The translations under genes and the position numbers were made by a program. Below the pieces are notes generated by a model. That model ran no database searches. It saw only the letters and a list, made by a program, of their open reading frames with translations, and was not told the origin of the DNA. From NCBI GenBank assembly GCA_963676835.2, contig CAXXFF010000001.1:448001-512000 (forward strand): DNA of 64,000 nt, written 5' to 3'. Numbering within the stretch: the first letter of the stretch is position 1; each line of letters starts with the position of its first letter. Of the stretch, positions 55,613 to 64,000 are shown piece after piece. The stretch comes from Marispirochaeta sp. (GTDB lineage: Bacteria; Spirochaetota; Spirochaetia; JC444; Marispirochaetaceae).

Positions 55613-56467
55613 GTGAACCTGCCTTTCTATAAACTGTCCGTGGGCACAAACGATTTTCTGCTGATCAACTTCATGGGAGAAGCCATTCCCGACGAACAGC
55701 TTCTTCCGGTTCTGACTGCCCGTATCTGCCGCCGGCACAAAGGTGTTGGCGCCAACGGGGTAGCCTTTCTTTTTGACCATCCCGAAGCAGGAGCGAAAAT
55801 CCGTTACTTTACTTCACGGGGACGGGAACTGCAGCGGTTTTATGATCCCCTCCTGGGTGCAGCCCGCTATCTCTTCGATTCCGGGTTTTCCGGAACCAGG
55901 GCAATCACCGTGGAGGTTCCCACAGGAATCCAGACAATAGAATCCATCGACAGTGCCAACTTCAGGATTTCCCTGGGGAATCCTCTGGATGTTGAAGGTT
56001 CACCCCTCAAGGAAGAGATTTCCAGTGAAGGGGGGATTTTTATCAGCCTTGAAAACAGCACCTATCCCCTGACACCTGTCCAGCTGCATATGCTCTGGGG
56101 TACAGTCTTCTTCGAGAATGATCCCAGAAAAGGAACCGGACACATTGCAAAGGCAATGGGCAGCAGCACCATTAGCGGCAGCAGCTTTACCCCTCTCTTT
56201 GTACAGGTCTACTCGGACGATGATATACTTGTAGCTCCCCAATGGAAAAAGAAAAGCCACCTTGAACTTTCCATTGCAGCCGGTGCTGCGGCGGTTTCCA
56301 CCGCAGTCAGAGGTTTCGGCGGCAGCTCCCTCATGACCCGCATCGGGAGTCAGGAATTCTTCATCGAATGGAAAACAGCAAATCAGGAATTACTCTGCAC
56401 CGGCGGCGGGGAATATGTCTTTACCGGGGATTATTTCTTTGACGAATCGATCCTCTATGGTGATTGA
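55613..56467 (+). CDS. Diaminopimelate-epimerase-like protein, catalytic motifs degenerate
   Basis: FYK..VGTNDF, CRRHKGVGANG and C-terminal TG..EYVFTG resemble DapF; both CGNG and CGTG motifs missing. Confidence 0.7.
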   Translation: MNLPFYKLSVGTNDFLLINFMGEAIPDEQLLPVLTARICRRHKGVGANGVAFLFDHPEAGAKIRYFTSRGRELQRFYDPLLGAARYLFDSGFSGTRAITVEVPTGIQTIESIDSANFRISLGNPLDVEGSPLKEEISSEGGIFISLENSTYPLTPVQLHMLWGTVFFENDPRKGTGHIAKAMGSSTISGSSFTPLFVQVYSDDDILVAPQWKKKSHLELSIAAGAAAVSTAVRGFGGSSLMTRIGSQEFFIEWKTANQELLCTGGGEYVFTGDYFFDESILYGD

Positions 56468-56479
56468 GAGGAAAGTGAG

Positions 56480-56872
56480 ATGTCACAGATATTTGACCGG
56501 TTCAACCGTATCGTCCGCTCTGTAATCAACGACACAGTAAAGACTTCTGCCGGAACCTTCACCCGCCATGAAGACGATGATATGCGCGAAGCATGGGAAG
56601 AACTGAACAGTTTCCTTGAAAATGACCCCGAACCCGGTAAGGTACATGATTCTGCCGAATCCATTCCGGAAAACATCCGAACTGCCTACATCCGGCTGGA
56701 TCTTAATCCCGGAGCCCCGTGGCCGGAAGTTCAGAAAGCCTACCGCAATCTGCTCTACGCCAACCATCCAGACCGGAACAGCTCCCCCGACGCCGGAAAG
56801 AACACCCGGGAAATACTCACAGCCTTCCGCAGTATAAAAGCCTGGCAGGAAGAAAAATCCCGACAGGGATAA
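56480..56872 (+). CDS. Small J-domain protein
   Basis: AY..L...HPDRN motif near C-terminus. Confidence 0.82.
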   Translation: MSQIFDRFNRIVRSVINDTVKTSAGTFTRHEDDDMREAWEELNSFLENDPEPGKVHDSAESIPENIRTAYIRLDLNPGAPWPEVQKAYRNLLYANHPDRNSSPDAGKNTREILTAFRSIKAWQEEKSRQG

Positions 56873-56887
56873 TAAGGCAGAATCCGC

Positions 56888-58252
56888 TTAAATTTCTACA
56901 ATATTATACTCGCTGATCTTGCGGTGCAGGGTTTTGCGGCCGATGCCCAGAACATCAGCTGTCTTGCTCTTGTTGCCGTTACAGTAGTTAAGGGTGCTCT
57001 CGATAATAACCTTTTCAGCTTCCGCCATACTTACCCCGAGATCTATTTTTATGTAGGTACCCTCCTCGCCGGAAACAACACTGGGAGGTAGATCCTCAAG
57101 GGTAATGACGCTGTTTTTACACATAACAACCGCACTTTCTATGGAATTCCTGAGCTCCCGGATATTGCCGGGCCAGGAGTAGTTATACAGAGCAAGGTTG
57201 GCTTTGTGGTCAATTCCTTCCAGGGGTTTGCCGTTTTCTTCGGAGAACTCCTTAAGAAAGGCTGCCGCCAGAAGGGGAATATCCTCTTTCCGCTCCCTTA
57301 AAGGAGGAACATGAATATTAACCACATTGAGACGGTAGTAGAGGTCCTCCCGGAAATTACCTTTTTCTATCTCAGTCTTGAGATCCCGGTTGGTGGCGGA
57401 AATTATACGGACATCCACCTCCTGGGTCTCCTCGCCGCCGACGCGTTCAAAGCGTTTTTCCTGCAGCACCCTTAAAATTTTAATCTGCACCGACTGATTG
57501 ATTTCACCTATTTCATCGAGAAAAATGGATCCCATATGGGCAAGTTCGAAGCGTCCCCGCTTGCGGGCAACAGCACCGGTAAAGGCGCCTTTTTCATGAC
57601 CGAAGAGTTCACTTTCAAGCAGGGTTTCGCTCAAGGCGGCACAGTGTACCTTTATGCTGGCTTTATCCTTACGGGGCGAAAGCTTGTGAATGGCATCGGC
57701 AATCAGCTCCTTTCCAACGCCGCTCTCGCCGGTAATAAGCACCGAAGCCTTGGTTGCAGCAACCTGCTCCACCACCTCCATAACCTTGCGCATCTGGGAA
57801 CTTTTACCAATGATATTGGCATAGCGGTTGCGCTCCCCGATAAGGTCAATCTCCTCCTGGAGGGCCCGGTGCTGGAGTACCAGTTCCCGGTTGGCAAGGG
57901 CCCGTTTGACAAGCAGGGAGAGCCGGTCCAGATTGAGGGGCTTGGTTAGAAAGTCGTAAGCTCCGTCACGCATTGCGTTTACCGCCGATTCGATGGTGCC
58001 GTGGCCGGTAAGAATAATGACAGGAACAGTGGGATAGGCAGAAGCCACTTTCTTGAGCAGATCTTCGCCGGACATTTCCGGCATCTTCAGGTCGGTAACA
58101 ATGAGATCAATCTCTTCCGAATTGAGCTGCTTGAGAGCCTCTTTGCCGTTTTCTGCCAGATAAACCTGGTAGTCTTCAAGTTCCAGGGCCTTTCCAAGAC
58201 CTTCACGGATGTTTTTCTCATCATCAACAATAAGGATATTAAACTTCATCAC
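56888..58252 (-). CDS. rrp2: sigma54-dependent response regulator (NtrC/AtoC family, Rrp2-like)
   Basis: REC domain, GESGVGKE, GAFTGA, FREDLYYRL, Fis-type HTH. Confidence 0.9.
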   Translation of the reverse strand: MMKFNILIVDDEKNIREGLGKALELEDYQVYLAENGKEALKQLNSEEIDLIVTDLKMPEMSGEDLLKKVASAYPTVPVIILTGHGTIESAVNAMRDGAYDFLTKPLNLDRLSLLVKRALANRELVLQHRALQEEIDLIGERNRYANIIGKSSQMRKVMEVVEQVAATKASVLITGESGVGKELIADAIHKLSPRKDKASIKVHCAALSETLLESELFGHEKGAFTGAVARKRGRFELAHMGSIFLDEIGEINQSVQIKILRVLQEKRFERVGGEETQEVDVRIISATNRDLKTEIEKGNFREDLYYRLNVVNIHVPPLRERKEDIPLLAAAFLKEFSEENGKPLEGIDHKANLALYNYSWPGNIRELRNSIESAVVMCKNSVITLEDLPPSVVSGEEGTYIKIDLGVSMAEAEKVIIESTLNYCNGNKSKTADVLGIGRKTLHRKISEYNIVEI

Positions 58253-59420
58253 TCTGCCATCCTAAAAGGCGTTTCTCTTTCTGGGGAACCGGCAGGGAGA
58301 TGGTGAAACTTGTCCCCTCACCCTCACGGCTGTGAAGATTTATCTCTCCCTGATGTTCCTTAATTATTTTGTAGACCAGGGTCAGGCCGAGACCGGAACC
58401 GAAATCCCTGGTGGTAAAGTAGGGTTCAAAGATCTTGGCCATATTTTCCTCAGGGATTCCAACACCGGTATCGGCAACAACAAGCTGAACCTGGTCGTCT
58501 TTTATTTCTGTAATTACCGTCAGTGTTCCGCCTTCCGGCATTGCGGAGATGGCGTTTTTAACAATATTAAGCAGAGCCTGCTTAAGGTACTTGGAATCCA
58601 GCTGCAGAACCGGGAGTTTCGGCTCAAGATTCTGAATAAGCTCTATTCCCTGCTCCTCCAGCTCGTAATGCATAAACTCGAAAAGCTCCCGTATGAGTTC
58701 GTTCAGGTCCTGTCCCACCAGGTTCATGTCCATAGGACGGACGGCAAACAGAAAATCCACGATTATTCCGTTCAGCCGTTCAACCTCTTCGTTAACAATA
58801 TCCAGATAGTTCTGCATCATGTTGATTTTGGAGTTGTCCTCAAGTTCGGGAAGCTTGTTCAGCGCCTTCTGAATGAGCTGGATGTGAATACTGATGGATC
58901 CCAGGGGGTTCTTGATTTCATGGGCAACCCCTGCGGTAAGGGTTGTCAGTGCGGCGAGATTCTCCGCCCGGCGCAGACGGGCTTCCTTGCCCTTCTTTTC
59001 CGTAACATCCTCTATATGCAGCAGACCACCCTGTATCTTTCCCTCCCGCACCAGGGGCATCATGGTACAGGAGAGGATTCGGGTACCGCCGCCGGACTGG
59101 ATGGCAATCTCCTTATCCTCGATGTTTTCCTGATTAGCCAGGGCTTTATGAAAGAAACTGCTGAAGGAATTGTCTCCAAGAGCATCCCATAAAGGACGCT
59201 CCAGGGCATCGCCGCTTTTAAAGGGAAGGAGCCTTTCGGCGGCTTTATTCAGAAGAATTATATTGTGGTTTTCATCCAGTACCACCACACCGTCTGTCAT
59301 GGAATACAAAACCATTTCCAGCAGTTCATTCTCCTGAACAACATGCATAATCAGCTGCCGGATCTGATCAATATCCAGTTTGCTGATCATCTTCAAGGCC
59401 CGGTTAAGGAATTTCCTCAT
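58239..59420 (-). CDS. hk2: PAS sensor histidine kinase (Hk2-like)
   Basis: PAS, AHEIKNPL, NA..AM, DTGVGI, GSGLGL; overlaps rrp2. Confidence 0.88.
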   Translation of the reverse strand: MRKFLNRALKMISKLDIDQIRQLIMHVVQENELLEMVLYSMTDGVVVLDENHNIILLNKAAERLLPFKSGDALERPLWDALGDNSFSSFFHKALANQENIEDKEIAIQSGGGTRILSCTMMPLVREGKIQGGLLHIEDVTEKKGKEARLRRAENLAALTTLTAGVAHEIKNPLGSISIHIQLIQKALNKLPELEDNSKINMMQNYLDIVNEEVERLNGIIVDFLFAVRPMDMNLVGQDLNELIRELFEFMHYELEEQGIELIQNLEPKLPVLQLDSKYLKQALLNIVKNAISAMPEGGTLTVITEIKDDQVQLVVADTGVGIPEENMAKIFEPYFTTRDFGSGLGLTLVYKIIKEHQGEINLHSREGEGTSFTISLPVPQKEKRLLGWQSDEV

Positions 59421-60592
59421 GTACCGCCTCCGTAAAGAAGCCCCTCTATAAGAAGATCCGGACTCTGATTATAACTTTCGAACATCCTTCTGGACCGCTG
59501 CAGATTGCGGTGAAGCCGTTCCAGAGCATCAAGGGCGGGATTGCCTTCCCGGGGGGGAAGCATTTCCCTGAGAACGGCCTCAGCCTCTTCCAGGAGGGGA
59601 ATAAACCGCTCTTTCCTTTCGGCGAGGATTGAAAAAATCCCGGAGAGATCGCCTTCTGCAGGCAAGCCCAGAGCAAGATGAACAAGGGTTGCTGCATGAT
59701 GCCTGAGTTCGGATGTTCCCAGGTCGAAGCCCAGGAAATATTCCCGCAGCGAACGGTACTCTCCAGAGGGTTCCCGGAAAATACGGTCGAGAACCTCCCG
59801 TTCTCCGGCTTCATCCCGTTCCCGGAATCCGTAAGGTCTGAGCCTGCTTATAATGGTAGGCAGCAGAGAACCTTTGCGGGTTGAGGTAAGAATAAAGGTT
59901 ACCCCTTCCGGCGGTTCTTCGAGAATCTTCAGCAAGGCATTCCGCGCTCCCTCCAGCATGGCATCGGCATTTTCGAGAATTATGGTCTTTCCCCTTCCCT
60001 GCCCGGTGGTATGAGCCCAGGAGGCAATGTTACGGACCATAAAAATGGGGATGTGGGAAAGGTTGACCGATTTTACTATCTTTGCAGACTCCGCTGAGAG
60101 GGATGAGAGCTGTTTCTCCAGCTCCTTTGCGGGGAGCTCTCCCGATACAGGGCTGATACTGTCGATAATTTCTTCCACCGAATCCAGGCTTCCCCGTATG
60201 CCTTTGAGTTTGGACTCCTCACCTTCCCATATCCAGGGATCAAAGCGGCGGGTAAGCTTGCGGGCAGCCCGGATCATCAGATAGCGGGCAAAGGCTTTTT
60301 GTGTCCGCCGCAGTACTTCGGCCGAACCATCCAGTTCCCGCAGGAAATACCGCGGCCCCGCCATAACAAGGTCGGGGTGGGTCATTTCACGCTGCCTGCG
60401 GCAGCTTCCACAGGAACAGGACCAGAGCGCCTCTTTCTGACAGCTTAAGACCCTGGCAAGCTCCAGAGCAGTGGAAAGCTTGGCACTGTAGTTGGGGCCG
60501 TAAAAAAGCATGGAAGATGCCAGACTGGCTGAAGAGATATCATCTTCTATCCGTTTAACTACATGCTCCTGGCCGAGTATATTCTCAAACAC
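59417..60592 (-). CDS. holB: DNA polymerase III delta-prime-like clamp-loader subunit
   Basis: FENILGQ, degenerate Walker A, CSCGSC, NALLKILEEPP, LLPTIISR. Confidence 0.75.
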   Translation of the reverse strand: MFENILGQEHVVKRIEDDISSASLASSMLFYGPNYSAKLSTALELARVLSCQKEALWSCSCGSCRRQREMTHPDLVMAGPRYFLRELDGSAEVLRRTQKAFARYLMIRAARKLTRRFDPWIWEGEESKLKGIRGSLDSVEEIIDSISPVSGELPAKELEKQLSSLSAESAKIVKSVNLSHIPIFMVRNIASWAHTTGQGRGKTIILENADAMLEGARNALLKILEEPPEGVTFILTSTRKGSLLPTIISRLRPYGFRERDEAGEREVLDRIFREPSGEYRSLREYFLGFDLGTSELRHHAATLVHLALGLPAEGDLSGIFSILAERKERFIPLLEEAEAVLREMLPPREGNPALDALERLHRNLQRSRRMFESYNQSPDLLIEGLLYGGGT

Positions 60593-60596
60593 CTTG

Positions 60597-61091
60597 TTAA
60601 AACACCTTTTCCGGAATAATAGTACCGCCGCCCTGAAATACCGGCAGAAAATCAGCTACAAATCCCGCGGCAATGCTGCTGTTTATCAGATCTTCCACAT
60701 CAAAAAATGGCTGGTTAAGCAGAAGAATCAGAATCAGAAGAGAAACAACGGTTCCCTCTATAATTCCGAGAAAAAAAGCCAGCGCCTTGTCGAGGTTTTC
60801 CAGAGCCACAGACTCTATGGCGCGATAGAGAACCCCTTCAAGAATTTTCATTACTAAATATACGAACAGAAAGATAATCAGAAAAGCAATTACCCTGTTC
60901 CACGGTGATTCCCCCAGACCCCGGGCAATAATTTCTGCACCATAAGCAGAAAAAAGAATACCGCAGATGATTCCTCCTCCCAGGGAGGCAACCGCCAGCA
61001 CCTCAGCCACAAAACCTCTGAATACACAGCGGACAATGGCTATAAGAGTGACCGCGGCAAAGATGTAATCCAGAACTCCCGGGCTGATCAC
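60597..61091 (-). CDS. cvpA: CvpA family membrane protein
   Basis: LD...RGFVAEV...LDKAL.FFLG..EG. Confidence 0.88.
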   Translation of the reverse strand: MISPGVLDYIFAAVTLIAIVRCVFRGFVAEVLAVASLGGGIICGILFSAYGAEIIARGLGESPWNRVIAFLIIFLFVYLVMKILEGVLYRAIESVALENLDKALAFFLGIIEGTVVSLLILILLLNQPFFDVEDLINSSIAAGFVADFLPVFQGGGTIIPEKVF

Positions 61092-62212
61092 TTTCGGCTG
61101 CTCTCGTTTTCAGCAGTTTCCTCCACCAGCTGTGCGCAGAGGTTGGAACCGGAAAGGCCTGTAAGAGAGGCGGCAGCCTGCCCCATGGCAGCTCTTTTAT
61201 CCGGAGACGAGAGAAGTTCCAGCACCGCTGCCTGCAGGGATTTGCCGCAGGCATCTTCCCCTTCAAGAACCAGGGCGGCTCCTTTTTCCTGAAAATAAGC
61301 AGCATTCCGCAGCTGGTCTCCCCGGCTGCCGGAAGTGTCCAGAGGTATAAGAATCATGGCTTTCCCCAGGGTTCCGCACTCCCAGAGGGTCCCTGCTCCG
61401 GCACGGGTAATAACCAGATCCGCCGCTGATAGAATGTGAGGAATTTCCTCATTGATATACTCTTTGCGCACATAACCGGGAGCAGGTATCTCTTCACCAT
61501 TTCCGGCGCCGGTCTGGTGAATAATTTCGGCATGGGGCAGTATCTCCCGGTAGATTTCCTCCATGAGGGAGTTGATCTGGGATGCTCCCAGGCTTCCGCC
61601 GATGACAAAAATCAGTGGTTTGTCCCCTTTCAGTCCGAAAAGAGATTTTCCGGCGGCCCCATCGCCCTTGAGAACCTCCGGCCGGATCGGGTTGCCGGTG
61701 AGCACTGTTTTTTCCCTTAGATGGGCAGGGAAATAGCCGGCAGTCTTATCATAGGAGATGCAGATACGGCTGGCAAAACGGGAGTTTATTCTGGTGGCAA
61801 GTCCGGGATCAAGGTCGGATTCGTGGGTAATAACAGGAATCCTGCATAAACGGGCGGCAAGCACAGGCGGAACGGAAACATAACCCCCCTTTGAAAAGAG
61901 CAGTACCGGACGCTTACGGATCATCAGATAGAGACTTTTGAGTACCGCCCAGGATATATTGAAAATATCAGAAAAATTTCTGAATGAGAAATAGCGTCTC
62001 AGTTTACCCGCAGGCAGAGGTATATAGCGTATGCCCGCATTTTTAAGAATGGTACGTTCCATTCCTTTTGAAGAGCCTATCCAGTAAAGGTCCCGGGATT
62101 CGAAAAAGCCCCGTTCCTGCAGAACTCTTATAACAGCCAGGCCGGGATACACATGTCCGCCGGTCCCGCCGCCGGTAAAAAATACTGTCTGTTTGGCTCT
62201 CTTTTTCATCAA
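61088..62212 (-). CDS. murG: MurG glycosyltransferase
   Basis: GGGTGGHVYP, GGYVS, HESD, GNP.R, GGSLG, RAGA, DQ..NA. Confidence 0.96.
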   Translation of the reverse strand: MMKKRAKQTVFFTGGGTGGHVYPGLAVIRVLQERGFFESRDLYWIGSSKGMERTILKNAGIRYIPLPAGKLRRYFSFRNFSDIFNISWAVLKSLYLMIRKRPVLLFSKGGYVSVPPVLAARLCRIPVITHESDLDPGLATRINSRFASRICISYDKTAGYFPAHLREKTVLTGNPIRPEVLKGDGAAGKSLFGLKGDKPLIFVIGGSLGASQINSLMEEIYREILPHAEIIHQTGAGNGEEIPAPGYVRKEYINEEIPHILSAADLVITRAGAGTLWECGTLGKAMILIPLDTSGSRGDQLRNAAYFQEKGAALVLEGEDACGKSLQAAVLELLSSPDKRAAMGQAAASLTGLSGSNLCAQLVEETAENESSRK

Positions 62213-62275
62213 AAGCAGAGTACCATGGAGAGACAGCTCTTTTCAATTATAAATAAACTCATGAAATTCCCCCAA

Positions 62276-62302
62276 TTAACGCAAAGCTAACAAAACCTTT
62301 AT
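62276..62302 (+). promoter_or_regulatory. Pho-box-like 11-bp direct repeats upstream of pstS
   Basis: TTAAC-N6-CTAAC-N6-TTTAT. Confidence 0.6.
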
Positions 62303-62372
62303 ACATCCCTCACCCCGGGGGCCTATTTCTTACACAACATTTAATCATTCAATCCGATTATGGAGGAACGAA

Positions 62373-63209
62373 ATGAAGAAAGCTTTAGTTCTTGTATGCC
62401 TGCTTCTTACTGCAGGTCTTGTATTCGCCGGTGGTCAGTCTGAAGGTGCAGCTGACTCTGAAGGTCTTTCCGGAAACTACGCATTCGGTGGTTCAACTAC
62501 CCTCGAAGGTTTCCTTCGCCCCGCAATTGACGAGTTCACAGAGATGCACCCCGGTGTAACCATCTCTTACGACGCTCCCGGTTCTTCTGCCGGTGTTAAA
62601 GGCGCTCTTGACGGAACCTACAGCCTCGGTGCTGCTTCCCGGAAGATCAAACCCGAAGAGATTGAAGCTGGCGCAGTTGGTGTAGCCGTTGCTCTCGACG
62701 GTGTTGCAATTGTAGTTAACAAAGAGACCGTAACTATCGACAACCTGACCATGGATCAGATCTCCGAGATTTTCCAGGGAAAAATATCCAACTGGAAAGA
62801 GGTTGGCGGTCCGGACCATGCGATCACTGTTGTAAACCGTGACGAAGCTTCCGGAACCCGGGCTGCTTTTCACGAAGTAGCTGTTGGAAAGAAAGATTCT
62901 TTCACTGACAGTGCCATCATCACCACCGGTAACGGAGACATGGTTTCCAAAGTAGGATCCATTCCCTATGCTGTTGGTTACTGCGGGTTCGCTTACATCG
63001 AGAAAGATCCCGGAACCAAGGCTGTAACGGTAGAAGGTGTTGAGCCCACCATGGCTAACGTTCTTTCCATGGAGTTCCCCGTACAGCGCCCCCTGAACAT
63101 GGTTTACAAGGGAGAGCTCGGAGAAGTTGAGCAGGCTTTCCTGGACTTCCTTCTTTCTGCTGACGGCCAGGCCATCATCGCTGAAGAAGGTTTCATCAAG
63201 GTAAAATAA
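62373..63209 (+). CDS. pstS: Phosphate ABC transporter substrate-binding protein
   Basis: GGSTT, PGSSAG, ASR, RDEASGTR; signal peptide. Confidence 0.92.
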   Translation: MKKALVLVCLLLTAGLVFAGGQSEGAADSEGLSGNYAFGGSTTLEGFLRPAIDEFTEMHPGVTISYDAPGSSAGVKGALDGTYSLGAASRKIKPEEIEAGAVGVAVALDGVAIVVNKETVTIDNLTMDQISEIFQGKISNWKEVGGPDHAITVVNRDEASGTRAAFHEVAVGKKDSFTDSAIITTGNGDMVSKVGSIPYAVGYCGFAYIEKDPGTKAVTVEGVEPTMANVLSMEFPVQRPLNMVYKGELGEVEQAFLDFLLSADGQAIIAEEGFIKVK

Positions 63210-63230
63210 TCAGTTCTGCTGATCAGCTTT

Positions 63231-63270
63231 AAAATCCGCCGGTTTATCTTTAGACCGGCGGATTTTTTTT
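63231..63270 (+). terminator. Terminator or stabilising hairpin after pstS
   Basis: AAAATCCGCCGGT/ACCGGCGGATTTT stem followed by T-run. Confidence 0.85.
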
Positions 63271-63295
63271 AACACAATCTTAACAAAACATTTAT
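63269..63295 (+). promoter_or_regulatory. Second Pho-box-like repeat upstream of pstC
   Basis: TTAAC-N6-TTAAC-N6-TTTAT, 22/27 identical to the pstS copy. Confidence 0.6.
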
Positions 63296-63355
63296 CCGGC
63301 CTTCACGCTCAAACTATTTCTTATGATCAAGGATTTACACAAGGAGTTATCCGTT

Positions 63356-64000
63356 TTGAAACTGAAAAAAACAGTGGAAGGATTTATCGAGCGTTTTCTT
63401 GCGCTATGTGCCTTCATCTCCGTACTCAGTGTTGTTTTCATTACCATATTTATCTTCCGTGAAGGACTTCCCCTATTCAAGGAAACCGATCCGTTCAGCT
63501 TCCTTTTTGGTTCAAAATGGTCGCCCACGGGCAATCCTCCCTCATATGGAATCCTCAGCTTTATTTTCGGCTCCCTCTGGGTTACCGGAGGCTCCCTTAT
63601 CCTGGCCCTGCCCATCGGACTTTCCGTCGGCATCTTCATGGCGGAATACGCAAAGGGAAGGTTTGCCGGGGCAATCCGTTCCGTTGTTGAGCTTCTGGCG
63701 GGTATTCCCTCGGTTATCTACGGGCTTTTCGGCTATATTGCCATAGCGCCGATTATCCGAACTCTGACCCCGTCGGAAACAGGTCTGGGAGTACTCACCG
63801 CCTCAATTGTGCTGGCAATTATGGTTCTTCCCACCATAATCAATATCACCGAAGTCTCTATCCGCGCAGTACCGGCGGAGCTTAAGGAAGCATCCCTGGG
63901 CCTTGGTGCAACCCACTGGCAGACGATTATCCGCACAATAATACCTGCGGCACACTCGGGTATTCTTGCAGGTATTGTACTGGGTATGGGACGCTCCATC
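63356..64000 (+). CDS. pstC: Phosphate ABC transporter permease PstC (runs off window end)
   Basis: Not in ORF track. TTG start after AAGGAG; FLFGSKWSP...YGI...ELLAGIPSVIYG...LKEASLGLGAT.WQT. Confidence 0.9.
   Translation, partial: MKLKKTVEGFIERFLALCAFISVLSVVFITIFIFREGLPLFKETDPFSFLFGSKWSPTGNPPSYGILSFIFGSLWVTGGSLILALPIGLSVGIFMAEYAKGRFAGAIRSVVELLAGIPSVIYGLFGYIAIAPIIRTLTPSETGLGVLTASIVLAIMVLPTIINITEVSIRAVPAELKEASLGLGATHWQTIIRTIIPAAHSGILAGIVLGMGRSI

Overview
Chromosomal window of a spirochaete (Spirochaetota). This is inferred from P83/100, fused PyrBI, CheX, solo groES and the hk2-rrp2-holB-cvpA-murG block. It starts with flgG/flgF and a tRNA-Thr(CGT) that has been used at least twice as an integration site. 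The tRNA 3' half recurs at 12747-12788 (42/42 identical) and at 14096-14139 (4 mismatches), each copy preceded by a homologous ~140-bp arm. These repeats delimit two tandem elements with no integrase. The first (~11.4 kb) is a defence island: McrBC, a small membrane-anchored ORF, type I R-M, and a YafQ toxin whose partner is an unusual 256-aa protein with a DinJ-like tail. The second (~1.35 kb) carries vapB, a vapC inactivated by a stop at the catalytic Glu42 codon, and an unlisted 59-aa ORF. Accessory genes follow (TolB-like lipoprotein, higBA, PAS/HisKA_2 kinases, CheB-CheR-kinase fusion). The rest is core genome: Mla-type ABC, PBP1A, pyrBI, ppdK, an RpoS-like sigma factor, groES, JAB-DinG, lysC, rrp2/hk2, murG and pstSC. 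Notable non-coding signals are a candidate sigma28-driven small RNA with a C-rich loop (36875-36965), a sigma54 promoter on the RpoS-like gene, and duplicated Pho-box-like repeats. A DapF homologue lacks both catalytic cysteines. All calls come from reading motifs by eye; no database searches were run.
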